From: Synechococcus sp.
Lineage (GTDB): Bacteria; Cyanobacteriota; Cyanobacteriia; Thermostichales; PCC-7336
Assembly: GCA_051439605.1 (NCBI GenBank)
Contig: JBFRWN010000082.1
Coordinates: 28,100 to 92,099 of the forward strand
DNA: 64,000 nucleotides
Reading direction: 5' to 3'
The notes below the pieces were generated by a model that had not been told where the DNA came from, ran no database searches, and worked only from the letters and a program-made list of their open reading frames with translations. Both the position numbers and the translations under genes were made by a program. Positions 10,470 through 20,925 of this stretch are shown one piece after another. How positions within the stretch are numbered: position 1 is the stretch's first letter; each line of letters starts with the position of its first letter.

Positions 10470-10958
10470 ATGCAAGATGCAATCACTTCAGTCATCAATA
10501 GCTATGACATGCAGGGCAAGTATTTGGACAGCGCAGCCATCAGTAAGCTGCAGTCCTTTTACACCACCGGTGAGCTGCGCGTGCGTGCCGCTGCAACCAT
10601 CTCTGCCAATGCTTCTGCAATCGTTCGCGATGCTACTGCTAAGGCGCTGCTATACTCCGACCTAACCCGTCCTGGCGGAAATATGTACACCACCCGTCGC
10701 TACGCTGCTTGCATTCGCGACCAAGACTACTACCTGCGTTACGCTACTTACGCAATGCTGGCTGGCGACACATCCATTCTGGACGAGCGCGTTTTGAACG
10801 GCCTGAAAGAGACCTACAACTCTCTGGGTGTGCCCATCGGTGCAACCGTCCAGGCAATTCAAGCCATGAAGGAAGTAACCGCTGCTTTGGTAGGTCCCGA
10901 CGCTGGCAAAGAAATGGGCGTATACTTCGACTACATTTGCTCTGGTCTGGGCTCCTAA
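10470..10958 (+). CDS. apcB: Allophycocyanin beta subunit
   Basis: [30 protein letters not shown]. Confidence 0.98.
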   Translation: MQDAITSVINSYDMQGKYLDSAAISKLQSFYTTGELRVRAAATISANASAIVRDATAKALLYSDLTRPGGNMYTTRRYAACIRDQDYYLRYATYAMLAGDTSILDERVLNGLKETYNSLGVPIGATVQAIQAMKEVTAALVGPDAGKEMGVYFDYICSGLGS

Positions 10959-11129
10959 GTCTTACCCAGCTCAATCGCCCAACCTGTGGGCAGTTGTAGC
11001 AGACTGTATATTTAATTACTTGTCTAAAAAATCTATCGGGTCATGCGCTGTAGAACCTGAGGTTCATCTGCAGGTTTTTAAGTGGCTGACCCGTTTACCG
11101 ATTAATACCGATTGTTGGGGCTACTTGCC

Positions 11130-11333
11130 ATGCGGACGTTCAAAATTACAGCCTGTTTTCCAACGACAACCAACATTCGAACTCAGCGTCAGTTACAGAA
11201 CACCTATGTGACGAAGATGGTGAGTTACAACAACTGGTTTAAGGAACAACAGCGAATTCAGAAAGCTGGTGGCAAAATTATCAAAGTTGAGCTTGCAACC
11301 GGCATCAAGGGCCTGAACGTAGGGTTGTCCTAA
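11130..11333 (+). CDS. apcC: Phycobilisome core linker polypeptide
   Basis: MRTFKITAC...IRTQRQLQNTY...WFKEQQRIQKAGGKIIKVELATG; third gene of apcABC. Confidence 0.96.
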   Translation: MRTFKITACFPTTTNIRTQRQLQNTYVTKMVSYNNWFKEQQRIQKAGGKIIKVELATGIKGLNVGLS

Positions 11334-11549
11334 GAGCTAACCATCCTCTAAGCGTGGATTGCTCTTGATTTTTCCATTGGGTGGCTAATGCTTTGCAACT
11401 AGCCACTCGTATTGTGTTGGTGGAGTTCTGAATATTAAATCGCGTGATAAGAATGACATTTTTATAATCCGCCTTCAGGATGGCTGCGTTCATTCCCCAA
11501 TCCGGTTTATGGTGTTATGGCTGAATGTACGTGAACTGGATCGACGAAC

Positions 11550-12845
11550 GTGGCTTACAATCTGGGGTTACTCGGCCTGGGAACTGTGGGTACGGGAGTG
11601 GCCCAAATTCTTCAATCCCCCAGCCAACGGAATCCTTTGCTTAAGGAGCTTCGCATTGCAAAGGTTGGCGTCCGCTCTCCGAATAAGGTGCGCGATATTC
11701 AGCTACCTCAAGACATCTTGACTGACAATTTGGAAGAGATTGTCACAAATGAAAATATCGATCTAGTCGTAGAGCTATTGGGTGGGATTGAGCCAGCGCG
11801 AAGCCTGATTCTAAAGGCGATCGCCCACGGGAAACACGTGGTAACTGCAAATAAAGCTGCGATCGCCAGTCATGGTGAAGAGATCTTTGCTGCAGCCGAA
11901 TCTCAAGGGGTTTGTGTCTTTTTTGAAGCGGCAGTTGCGGGAGGCATTCCAATTTTGCAACCTCTGCAGCAATGTTTAGGGGCAAACGTTCTAGAGTCCA
12001 TTAGCGGCATTGTTAACGGTACAACAAACTTTATACTCGATCGCATGACCCAAAACGGGGCTGCATTTGAAGATGCGTTGGCAACGGCTCAGGAGTTGGG
12101 GTATGCCGAAGCCGATCCGACGGCTGATGTCGATGGGTTAGATGCAGCAGACAAGATTGCGATTTTAGCTAGCTTAGCCTTCAACCAGCGCGTCAACAGA
12201 AAGGAAGTGTTTTGCGAGGGAATTCGCCACATCACAGCTAGCGATATTTCCCATGCTCGCGATTGGGGCTTTGAAGTGAAACTGCTGGCAATCGCCAATC
12301 GGCTTGATGGAAGCAACGGTCAGTTGGATATTCGCGTGCACCCCACTCTGTTGCCGCACGCACACCCTCTGGCCAACGTGCACGATGCCAACAATGCTGT
12401 GTTAGTGCGTGGTAGCCCTTTGGGTGAGGTCATGTTTTATGGCCCGGGAGCTGGACGCGGACCAACAGCCAGTGCGGTGGTGTCGGATGTGATCAATGTG
12501 ATTGCTCGCTTGGAACTGGGGGGGAAGCATCCCAACCAGCTTTTCCTCTCTAGACCTCTGAGCACTGCGGAGGTGCGCAGTATCGAAGAGACGACTCTGC
12601 GGTTCTACACGCGTCTGCTAGCTCGGGATCGGGCTGGTGTTATTGGCGAGTTGGGTCAATGCTTCGGAAAATACGACGTTAGCTTAGAGCAAGTGGTACA
12701 GAAGGATGTCACTAACGACATAGCTGAGGTGGTCGTCTTGACGCATAACGTTGCGGAAAAGAATTTCCGACAGGCGATCGCCGCCATCGAACAGCTCGAT
12801 TCCATCCAGTCAGTACCCTCCACAATCAGAGTCCTACCAGGGTAG
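11550..12845 (+). CDS. hom: Homoserine dehydrogenase with C-terminal ACT domain
   Basis: GLGTVG, VVTANKA, EAAVAGGIP, NGTTNFIL and GYAEADPTADVDG motifs. Confidence 0.96.
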   Translation: MAYNLGLLGLGTVGTGVAQILQSPSQRNPLLKELRIAKVGVRSPNKVRDIQLPQDILTDNLEEIVTNENIDLVVELLGGIEPARSLILKAIAHGKHVVTANKAAIASHGEEIFAAAESQGVCVFFEAAVAGGIPILQPLQQCLGANVLESISGIVNGTTNFILDRMTQNGAAFEDALATAQELGYAEADPTADVDGLDAADKIAILASLAFNQRVNRKEVFCEGIRHITASDISHARDWGFEVKLLAIANRLDGSNGQLDIRVHPTLLPHAHPLANVHDANNAVLVRGSPLGEVMFYGPGAGRGPTASAVVSDVINVIARLELGGKHPNQLFLSRPLSTAEVRSIEETTLRFYTRLLARDRAGVIGELGQCFGKYDVSLEQVVQKDVTNDIAEVVVLTHNVAEKNFRQAIAAIEQLDSIQSVPSTIRVLPG

Positions 12846-12875
12846 AGGTTGAACGAAGCGGAAGGAATTAATCCT

Positions 12876-14180
12876 TCAAGATAGACGATTCCAGCACCGT
12901 CCATTGCTCCAGCAAGCAATAACCTGGCCCTTGATTTCTTGATTCCAGTAGGGGGTAGCTGTGGATAAGCTGTACGCAGACTGTCGATTTAGAGTCCAGG
13001 AGCGATCTGGGACGAAAATTGTACAATTGGCCGACTCGCCAATTGCGAGGGTAGGTGAAGGCAACCTTAGTATTGCAGCCGGCTTTTGAGACAGGACAGA
13101 CCATAACTCTACTGAAGAGATGCCCCCCTCCATCACCAGCCGTTGCCACAGCAGTGGCAAAGCCAGTTCCAAACCGATCGCTCCTGCTGGAGCTTCCGCA
13201 AAGGCGACGGTTTTCTCTTCAAAGGTGTAAGGGGTGTGATCGGTGGCAATTGCGGAGAGCGTACCATCTTGCACGGCATCAACAAGAGCTTGGCGATCGC
13301 TGTCGCTTCCCAACGGAACGTGGAGGTGAAGGGCGGGGTGATAGTGGTAGGTTTCGATGTCGCGATCGGCGAACAGTAGGTGCATCCAGGTGGTACTGGC
13401 GGTGATGGGTAAAGCGGTGCTCTGGGCCTGGCGCACAAGTGCGACACTGCGGGCTTGGCTGAGACGCATGAGGTGAACGGGGGTTTCCGTTAAGGCCACC
13501 AGTTCAATGATTTGGGCCACTGCAAGGGGTTCGGCCGCTGTACAGCTTCCCTTTACTCCAGCCCGAATCGACCATTGCCCCTCCAGCATGCCCCCGCCTG
13601 CCAGAGAGTTTGCCTGAGGCCATAGCAGAATGGGAATTTGCAGGGGATGGGCATATTCCAGCATTCGCCTCAGTAACGGTAGCGAGTCGATCGGGCGGTT
13701 ATCGCAGAAGGCGATCGCCCCTGAATCCACCAACTCAGCTAATTCTGTCAGGGACTCTCCACGGGTGCCGTGGGTTATGGCAGCAAATGGGAGCCAGTGG
13801 GGGGGGGCATTCGATGCCCGATGGTCCAGAATCGCTTGAATTGCGTCGGGGGTATCCACCACCGGGTCAGTGGTGGGCAGCAGTCCAACTTGCGTAAATC
13901 CTCCAGCTAGCGCCGCATTCGTGAGCGAATGCAGCGTTTCCCGCTGTTCAAAACCGGGTTCCCCCGATTGGGCGTATAGATCGATTAGACCTGGGCCCAT
14001 TACCCAACCTTGGGCATCCACTGGCTCCGCCCCATCGGGTATGGACTCTATTCGATCCTCAATCGCCTGCAACTTTCCCCGTTCGATCCAGACATCGCCC
14101 ACCCGGTTAGTCTTGCTAGCGGGATCGAGGATGCGAATCTGTTGAAATATATAAGAGCGATCGATGTCGAACATACTCAT
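12876..14180 (-). CDS. pyrC: Dihydroorotase-family protein, probably the inactive PyrC' type
   Basis: GEPGFEQRETL, AALAGGFT, IATDHTP and GAIGLE motifs; metal-binding His residues appear replaced. Confidence 0.85.
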   Translation of the reverse strand: MSMFDIDRSYIFQQIRILDPASKTNRVGDVWIERGKLQAIEDRIESIPDGAEPVDAQGWVMGPGLIDLYAQSGEPGFEQRETLHSLTNAALAGGFTQVGLLPTTDPVVDTPDAIQAILDHRASNAPPHWLPFAAITHGTRGESLTELAELVDSGAIAFCDNRPIDSLPLLRRMLEYAHPLQIPILLWPQANSLAGGGMLEGQWSIRAGVKGSCTAAEPLAVAQIIELVALTETPVHLMRLSQARSVALVRQAQSTALPITASTTWMHLLFADRDIETYHYHPALHLHVPLGSDSDRQALVDAVQDGTLSAIATDHTPYTFEEKTVAFAEAPAGAIGLELALPLLWQRLVMEGGISSVELWSVLSQKPAAILRLPSPTLAIGESANCTIFVPDRSWTLNRQSAYSLSTATPYWNQEIKGQVIACWSNGRCWNRLS

Positions 14181-14374
14181 CTAAATGACACACCCCTGAG
14201 CATCCCCACTGCTGGAGAGATAGGCTCAGTCAAGTCAAACGTAGCGACAAATTAATTGAGAGGGAACGATTTTGCAAAACCCGATCGACAACAGTCCCTA
14301 AAGACAATCAACCAACAACAGCTGCCTTGAACCAACTCCCTCTGAGGGGTGGGATGGGGATAAACATCTAAGCT

Positions 14375-14938
14375 TTAGCGCTGTCGGGCTAATAGCCGCT
14401 TGAACCCAGGAATAATCGCTAAAACTGTCAGCAGAAGCATATCGAGAGACAGCTCAAATAGGGCAAATTCCCGCCCAAAGTATTCTGGGTCCCAATAGCT
14501 GATAGGGCTATAAAATCGCAGATTCCAGTTGAGGGGAAACAACAGTAGCGGTCCATCGTTCACATGGGTGGATATATCTATCGCTGTATGGAGCAGACAT
14601 GCCATAAAAAAGTAGAAGCCCCAGCGGGAAAGACTTCCCACTCGATCGCGAGACGTCCACAAACAGCTGAGGGCAACGAGCAACACCAATGGGGAATGCA
14701 AAAAATTATGGAGCACAATCCAGAGGGGATCGTGGAAAAAAAGCCGATCGAACATCAACCGAAAAGACTCAGTCGCACTCATGCCTTGGTTGGTGTAGTG
14801 AATGTAACCACCAATTGAGAGAAGATAAAGAGGAATATCGGGGGCAATCGATCCCACTAAAAAGGCACCGGTCACTATAGGATGGCGGGCAAACTTCGCC
14901 ACGGCTGCACCGATCAAAAAGTGAGAAGGGGTATTCAT
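14375..14938 (-). CDS. Membrane-bound metal-dependent hydrolase (YdjM/DUF457-like)
   Basis: SH...APD...HS...H...D...H pattern, hydrophobic segments and LLFPL motif. Confidence 0.75.
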   Translation of the reverse strand: MNTPSHFLIGAAVAKFARHPIVTGAFLVGSIAPDIPLYLLSIGGYIHYTNQGMSATESFRLMFDRLFFHDPLWIVLHNFLHSPLVLLVALSCLWTSRDRVGSLSRWGFYFFMACLLHTAIDISTHVNDGPLLLFPLNWNLRFYSPISYWDPEYFGREFALFELSLDMLLLTVLAIIPGFKRLLARQR

Positions 14939-15181
14939 TCCTAACTTTGGATGCAATGTCCTTATCCTATCGATCCGCAGTGTTTTGGTATGACTCTCTT
15001 TGACAAGTGAACCGAGAGTTCTGACCCGAAGACTACTGCAGAGTGAGCTGTTTTCATCTCTGTTAGAACAGAAAGCTTAAGGGGCCTGGAGCGCTGAGAT
15101 GTCTCACGCGATTCAACGGTTGCGATGATTGTCCTGTAGGTTTGCCAGAATATTACAGAGAAGCACTTCAAGGGCATCGCC

Positions 15182-16057
15182 ATGGCAACTTTAGCCCAAC
15201 GCCGCTCGGAAAATGTCGCAGGTGAGTTCTATGTGGATAGCACTTGCATCGATTGCGATACCTGCCGCTGGATGGCTCCACAGGTGTTCGGTCGAGTGGG
15301 AGCGATGTCGGCGGTGGAGCATCAGCCCACAACTGAGTTGGAGAGAACCCAAGCCCTGCAAGCCTTGCTATCGTGTCCCACAGCCTCTATCGGAACCGTC
15401 ACTCCTCCAGCAGACATTCGCTCGGTCCAAGCCAGCTTCCCACTCAACATTGCCGCAAATGTTTATCACTGCGGCTATCACTCGGACCAGTCCTACGGCG
15501 CAAGCAGCTATCTGATTCAGCGTCCCGAAGGCAATATCTTAGTGGATTCCCCTCGCTTTACACCTCCGCTGGTGAAACAATTGGAGGCGATGGGTGGGAT
15601 TCGTTACCTCTACCTCACCCATCGCGATGATGTCGCTGACCATCGGAAGTTTCACGATCGCTTTGGGTGCGATCGCATCTTGCATCGGGATGATGTGACG
15701 CCATCCACCCAAGGGGTGGAAATTCAGCTTGAAGGCAGCGATCCCCATACCTTGGCGGATGATTTGCTAGTGATTCCTGCCCCCGGTCACACGCAGGGTC
15801 ACACTGTATTGCTGTACGGTCGGACTTTTCTATTCACTGGAGATCATCTTGCGTACTCCGCTCGGCTGGGCCACCTCACCGGTTTCCGTAACTATTGTTG
15901 GTACTCGTGGCCCGAACAGGTGAGATCGATGGAACTTCTCTCGCACTATTCTTTTGAATGGATTCTGCCGGGACACGGACGGCGGTATCATGCGCAACCA
16001 ACCAAGATGAAGCAACACCTGCAGGATTGCATTATCTGGATGAAATCGGTGGCTTAG
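15182..16057 (+). CDS. Metallo-beta-lactamase fold hydrolase with N-terminal ferredoxin domain
   Basis: CIDCDTC...CP cluster motif; THRDDVADH, PGHTQG, FTGDH and PGHG motifs. Confidence 0.88.
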   Translation: MATLAQRRSENVAGEFYVDSTCIDCDTCRWMAPQVFGRVGAMSAVEHQPTTELERTQALQALLSCPTASIGTVTPPADIRSVQASFPLNIAANVYHCGYHSDQSYGASSYLIQRPEGNILVDSPRFTPPLVKQLEAMGGIRYLYLTHRDDVADHRKFHDRFGCDRILHRDDVTPSTQGVEIQLEGSDPHTLADDLLVIPAPGHTQGHTVLLYGRTFLFTGDHLAYSARLGHLTGFRNYCWYSWPEQVRSMELLSHYSFEWILPGHGRRYHAQPTKMKQHLQDCIIWMKSVA

Positions 16058-16115
16058 TCAGAGGTTCGAAAGACTCCATCCCCCAGTTTTCCGTTGACGG
16101 TGCTAGCGGCTTGCT

Positions 16116-16859
16116 TCACTCAGGCGCTGCATCGGATGGTACTGGCTCAATTTGCATTGACTGGGTGTCTAAGTCCAATTTCAGTTGACCAAAGTATTCC
16201 CGCCGATCTTGGTCAATTATCTCTGATTCAGATGACTCTGAGTCTCCTGACCCTGACTCTCTGGACTCTGACTCTCCGGACTCAACTCGTTCTGACTCAC
16301 CTGGTACAGAAGCGGGGTTCGCTTCGCTGACTCGTAAAGGCGTGAGAGTAGCAGGCTGCCGCCACCCGTCATACAACACAATCGCCCCTGCATCGATCGC
16401 TGCGCGATCTCCGGTAATTTGCCATTTTGGCGACAGGATTTGCACTGGGCCAACCAAACTGGCCTTACCATCGCGCAACACCATGGCCTTTGCCAATACC
16501 TGTAGGTCGGTGGCTAACTGTACCTGCACCTCCCCTTCTAGCAAAAAGATTTCATTGCGGTGGTTGCCCTCCAATCTTTGGGCTTGAAACTGACGATTAC
16601 CCACTATCAGCGCAGCATTGCCAACTAAGATACTTTGGCCACTAATGTTGTTATAGCTGCCGCGATCTCCCTGCAATTCCACCCCCCCCTGGCGAACTAC
16701 AAAATTTCCTCGAGCTACGACTAAGGCTGAATTGTCGTCGTAATCGATCGTATCTGCCGCAATCGATACATCCCGCTGGGCGATCGTCGGACTCCCCAGC
16801 AGCCAGCAGCTAACAGCTAGCAGTCCCCCCCATCGTTTCCATCTCTGGGTTAACGTCAC
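16116..16859 (-). CDS. LptA/OstA-family protein
   Basis: Signal peptide, IAADTIDYD...VVARGNFVVRQG beta-jellyroll pattern; acidic Ser/Glu tail. Confidence 0.7.
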   Translation of the reverse strand: MTLTQRWKRWGGLLAVSCWLLGSPTIAQRDVSIAADTIDYDDNSALVVARGNFVVRQGGVELQGDRGSYNNISGQSILVGNAALIVGNRQFQAQRLEGNHRNEIFLLEGEVQVQLATDLQVLAKAMVLRDGKASLVGPVQILSPKWQITGDRAAIDAGAIVLYDGWRQPATLTPLRVSEANPASVPGESERVESGESESRESGSGDSESSESEIIDQDRREYFGQLKLDLDTQSMQIEPVPSDAAPE

Positions 16860-16922
16860 AGACCTTTCGCAAATAGCATTAGTTTGAGCTTAGCGCGACC
16901 ATTCAATTGCACAATAGATGTT

Positions 16923-17522
16923 ATGACTACACAGTTTGATTGGATCGACCTGCAAAAAGCTCTTCGCGGCACCAGTGTATATCTGGTGGGCATGATGGGG
17001 GCGGGCAAAACAACCATTGGCCGAGAACTGTCTTACCAGTTGGGCTATCGTTTCACCGACACAGACGCATTAATTGAGGCGGTAGCCCAGAAGTCCATTC
17101 CTGATATCTTTGCCCAACAGGGGGAGACAGAATTCCGCAATCTGGAATCTCAGGTTTTGCAGGAGCTAAGTCAGTATCCCCGGATGACAATCGCCACTGG
17201 AGGAGGAATTGTCTTACGCAAGACCAACTGGCGAGATCTGCGCAACGGTATTGTAGTGTGGCTAGATGTACCTCCGGAGATCTTGGTGGAACGGCTACAG
17301 GCAGACGATACCACGCGCCCGTTGCTGGCCACAGCCGATCCTGTGGCCACCCTGAATAAGCTGTTGGATCGGCGGCGTTCGCTCTATGCCCTGGCAGATA
17401 TCTGCGTTCGTTGCGAGCGACAAACCCCCGCAGAACTTTTACCCCAATTGGGCTATCAAATTCTTAAACAACTGCAGGTTAATCCCCCCGATTCGGCTAA
17501 GGTGCGTCCAGCAGAGTCCTAA
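16923..17522 (+). CDS. aroK: Shikimate kinase
   Basis: GMMGAGKTT, DTD, GETEFRNLE, ATGGG and RPLL motifs. Confidence 0.95.
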   Translation: MTTQFDWIDLQKALRGTSVYLVGMMGAGKTTIGRELSYQLGYRFTDTDALIEAVAQKSIPDIFAQQGETEFRNLESQVLQELSQYPRMTIATGGGIVLRKTNWRDLRNGIVVWLDVPPEILVERLQADDTTRPLLATADPVATLNKLLDRRRSLYALADICVRCERQTPAELLPQLGYQILKQLQVNPPDSAKVRPAES

Positions 17523-18261
17523 CCTCCGCGAGGCGATCTTGGTATTCCAACTGACTCGGGTTCAAAGTCACCGCTACCTCAAAACTTTGGGCAGCCCCCT
17601 GCAGGTCTCCACTGGCCAACAGCCGCAGCCCGTTGTTGTATTTCAGCACCGCCCGCTCCTGAAATACCTCGACAAATTCAGCGTAGATATTGGGATAATC
17701 TCGGCGAATGCGCTCGGCCTCCCGCTTAGAGGTGAAATTATCGGCAGAGGCGCGAAACTGTCGCAGCGCAATCCATCCTTCTATATCTTCAAAAAATTGC
17801 AGATTGCTGTCCCGTTGCAACTGGATCGCCTCTTGGGAATCTAGCGTGGCAGATAGATAATTCACCAGCCACTTGACCGTTTGACCCAGGCTACGGGCGC
17901 GAGCATATTCCCGGTTTTCAATGAACTGCCGTGCAAGATCCACCGGAACGGCACTTTGGAGATCTAAGGCGAGTTCCTTGCCCTCTTCCTTCAAACGAAC
18001 GTCCAACGCCTGTTCTGCAGCTGACGATCTGAGCTGATTTCTTAAGGACTCAGCCTCCTGAAGTGCATCCCCCACTGGCGTGAGGTCTTCGGCAGTCAGA
18101 GCATCATCCAGCTGCTGCACGATCGTATTCACCCGTCTCAATTCAGCAAAATCACCCGCCACTCTGGCGGCAGCTAAAAGCGTCACCGTTAAGGCACCCA
18201 CCGTTATCACCACCATGCCCGCCTGTTGAGGGGTTGGTTTCCAACGGTTCAGCAATTCCAT
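17497..18261 (-). CDS. Membrane-anchored helical protein with C-terminal TPR
   Basis: N-terminal TM segment; YNNGLRLLASGDLQGAAQSFEVAVTLNP is a TPR-type repeat. Confidence 0.7.
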   Translation of the reverse strand: MELLNRWKPTPQQAGMVVITVGALTVTLLAAARVAGDFAELRRVNTIVQQLDDALTAEDLTPVGDALQEAESLRNQLRSSAAEQALDVRLKEEGKELALDLQSAVPVDLARQFIENREYARARSLGQTVKWLVNYLSATLDSQEAIQLQRDSNLQFFEDIEGWIALRQFRASADNFTSKREAERIRRDYPNIYAEFVEVFQERAVLKYNNGLRLLASGDLQGAAQSFEVAVTLNPSQLEYQDRLAEVRTLLDAP

Positions 18262-18394
18262 CGTTCTGTGGGAAGGGCAATAGGCTAAGCTTAGCCCTGT
18301 GTGATGGCGATCGCGAATGTGGCTAGTGGGCCATCATCACCTGTCTCTACCCCCTCCTGTTTTGACTGTTCTGCATTTTTTTGGGGCCAAGCTT

Positions 18395-18853
18395 ATGACT
18401 TCGGAAGTTGTGACCGATGCTGCCTACGGCCTTATTCCTATTTGCCGCGATGCTACGGGTCTTCGCTTTCTGCTGATCTTGCACAGTAAAGGTCATTGGG
18501 GATTTCCAAAAGGGCATAAAGATCCTGGAGAAAGCGACCTCGAAGCAGCCTGCAGAGAATTCGTGGAAGAGACAGGGCTGAGCTCTTACGAGATAGTCGA
18601 CCCCGCAGTTGAATTTTCCGAATCGTATTCCTTCATCAAGAAATCGGGGAAGCGAGTCGAAAAAACGGTGAAGTATTTTTTAGCGATCGTGCCCTCAACC
18701 ACTGGAAAATGTCCTGCAGTTACGGTGCAGCCAGAAGAAGTTGCAGATTATCGTTGGTGTTTGGCATCAGAAGCCGAAGGCACTTTCACATTTAACGCCG
18801 TCCGTGGCGTACTCAAAGACTGCCTAGCCTACTTAGAGCACCATCCCCTGTGA
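18395..18853 (+). CDS. NUDIX hydrolase (asymmetric Ap4A hydrolase-like)
   Basis: HWGFPKGH...GESDLEAACREFVEETG Nudix box; KTVKYFLA. Confidence 0.9.
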   Translation: MTSEVVTDAAYGLIPICRDATGLRFLLILHSKGHWGFPKGHKDPGESDLEAACREFVEETGLSSYEIVDPAVEFSESYSFIKKSGKRVEKTVKYFLAIVPSTTGKCPAVTVQPEEVADYRWCLASEAEGTFTFNAVRGVLKDCLAYLEHHPL

Positions 18854-19168
18854 TCCTGGGTGGATCCACAGGCTGCCAGCAGCACCCATTATTTTGTGTT
18901 TTGACCCACCCAATAATCACTCCGATCGCGAATCCCTCACAATCTCGGTTGCCTTCTCCAAATAAAAGCGATAGCATTGTCGCAGAATTCACTAAATACA
19001 GTGAATTGAGCAACTGAATAGGTTTAAGAATGGGCTTGAGAGGGGTTGGTAATGCATCAGCACTCGCGTCTTCACCGTTAAGTCTTTCGAAGAGTCGTCA
19101 TCCCCCGATCCACGACCCACTGCTACAAGCCCCCAACACAATCCCTAATCGTAACCAGGAGTCCCGCT

Positions 19169-20275
19169 ATGCCCCGCAGCACCGGACAATCCACAAAAAA
19201 CACCTCCACCAGTAGTAACGAAGATGCTGCCAAGAAAAAAGCATTGGACGGAGTCCTGAGCCAAATAGAGCGCAACTTTGGTAAAGGTGCCATCATGCGT
19301 TTGGGGGAAGCCTCCCGCATGGAGGTAGCGAAGGTTTCCTCAGGGGCACTAACCTTAGATCTGGCCTTGGGGGGCGGTCTACCCAAAGGGCGCGTGATTG
19401 AAATTTATGGCCCCGAGTCTTCCGGTAAAACAACGCTAGCGCTGCATGCTGTTGCAGAAGTGCAGCGTCAGGGCGGAACCGCAGCAGTCGTCGATGCTGA
19501 ACATGCCCTCGACCCCATTTACGCTGCGGCGTTGGGGGTCAATGTCGATGAGTTGTTGGTGGCGCAACCAGATACAGGTGAGGCGGGTTTAGAAATTGTC
19601 GACCAGCTGGTGCGATCGGCGGCTGTTGACATTGTAGTAATTGACTCGGTGGCTGCCCTCGTCCCACGCGCCGAAATTGAGGGGGAAATGGGGGATGCCC
19701 ACGTGGGGCTGCAAGCCCGCCTCATGAGTCAAGCCCTGCGCAAAATCACTGGCAGCATTGCCAAAACTGGCTGCACGGTCGTTTTTCTCAATCAACTGCG
19801 CTCCAAGATCGGCGGTATGGGGTACGGACCGCAGGAAACCACAACGGGGGGTAATGCTCTCAAGTTCTATGCCTCTGTTCGCCTCGATATTCGTCGCATT
19901 CAAACCCTGAAAAAAGGGACTGAGGAATACGGTATCCGGGCTAGGGTGAAGGTGGCCAAAAACAAGGTTGCCCCTCCTTTTCGGCGAGCAGAATTTGATA
20001 TCTTGTTTGGCCAGGGTATCTCCAACCTGGGTTGTTTAATTGACCTCGCAGAAGAAGCCAAGCTAATTCAGCGGAAAGGCTCTTGGTACAGCTACCGCGA
20101 GGAAAATATTGCCCAGGGCCGAGATAACGCGATCGCCTATCTGGCCGACCACGAAGACGTCAAAGAAGCTTTGGAGCAACAGCTGAAATTAGAACTGGCC
20201 GCCGGGACAGAAGTTTCCGCAAACTCGGTCGCTCCCTCAACAAGTGATGCTAAGCCAACTGATGAAAAGGAATGA
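19169..20275 (+). CDS. recA: Recombinase A
   Basis: [39 protein letters not shown] upstream. Confidence 0.99.
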   Translation: MPRSTGQSTKNTSTSSNEDAAKKKALDGVLSQIERNFGKGAIMRLGEASRMEVAKVSSGALTLDLALGGGLPKGRVIEIYGPESSGKTTLALHAVAEVQRQGGTAAVVDAEHALDPIYAAALGVNVDELLVAQPDTGEAGLEIVDQLVRSAAVDIVVIDSVAALVPRAEIEGEMGDAHVGLQARLMSQALRKITGSIAKTGCTVVFLNQLRSKIGGMGYGPQETTTGGNALKFYASVRLDIRRIQTLKKGTEEYGIRARVKVAKNKVAPPFRRAEFDILFGQGISNLGCLIDLAEEAKLIQRKGSWYSYREENIAQGRDNAIAYLADHEDVKEALEQQLKLELAAGTEVSANSVAPSTSDAKPTDEKE

Positions 20276-20396
20276 GTTGATGTTGATTGCCGGTTATAGT
20301 CTTTGACATTTTACGGCTTATGTGGATTGTAGTAGTGCCAGGAAAGTATTGAGGGGGAACCTCACAATAAAGGTAACCACCCAATCTGGAGGCCCC

Positions 20397-20762
20397 ATGA
20401 ACATGGTAGATGTTCCCACCCTCCTGACCATCATCTTTGTTCTGGTGGACGATTGGTATCAAGAGTTTGGCTATCTGTTTGTTCCACCGATGCCTGGCCC
20501 CAAAATCAGCTTCAGTGATAGCGAGATGTTGACCTTGCTGCTGGCAATGGATTACTTCCCTTATCCAGGGGAGAGTCAATTTCTCGGATTCATCCGGGCC
20601 AACTACTTGCACTTGTTTCCCAAGCTGCTGGACCAAAGTCAGTTTAATTGCCGTGCCCGCCGTCTAGAAGGGCTTCTGGAGGACTTACGACGCTTCTGGG
20701 TCCAACAGATGGGGTATCACTTTGAGCGGACGCTGGTGATGGATACCAAGCCTATTCCTTAG
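20397..20762 (+). pseudogene. Truncated IS982-family-like transposase (N-terminal third)
   Basis: IFVLVDDWY, FSDSEMLTL, LFPKLLDQSQFN.RARRL, ending at DTKPIP (first DDE Asp) then stop; SD GGAGG upstream. Confidence 0.8.
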
Positions 20763-20925
20763 GAAAAAGGTTTCAGGACTCTGTACTCACGTGGCTGCAA
20801 ACATGGACAGCCACACGCTGAGAATTCTAATGCGTCAGCGTTTTAGAATTGATGTACTCACCTTTGAGCAAACCCTCAACCAAACGGTTTAGAACTCACA
20901 TAAGACGCTTTATATTTTAGATTTG

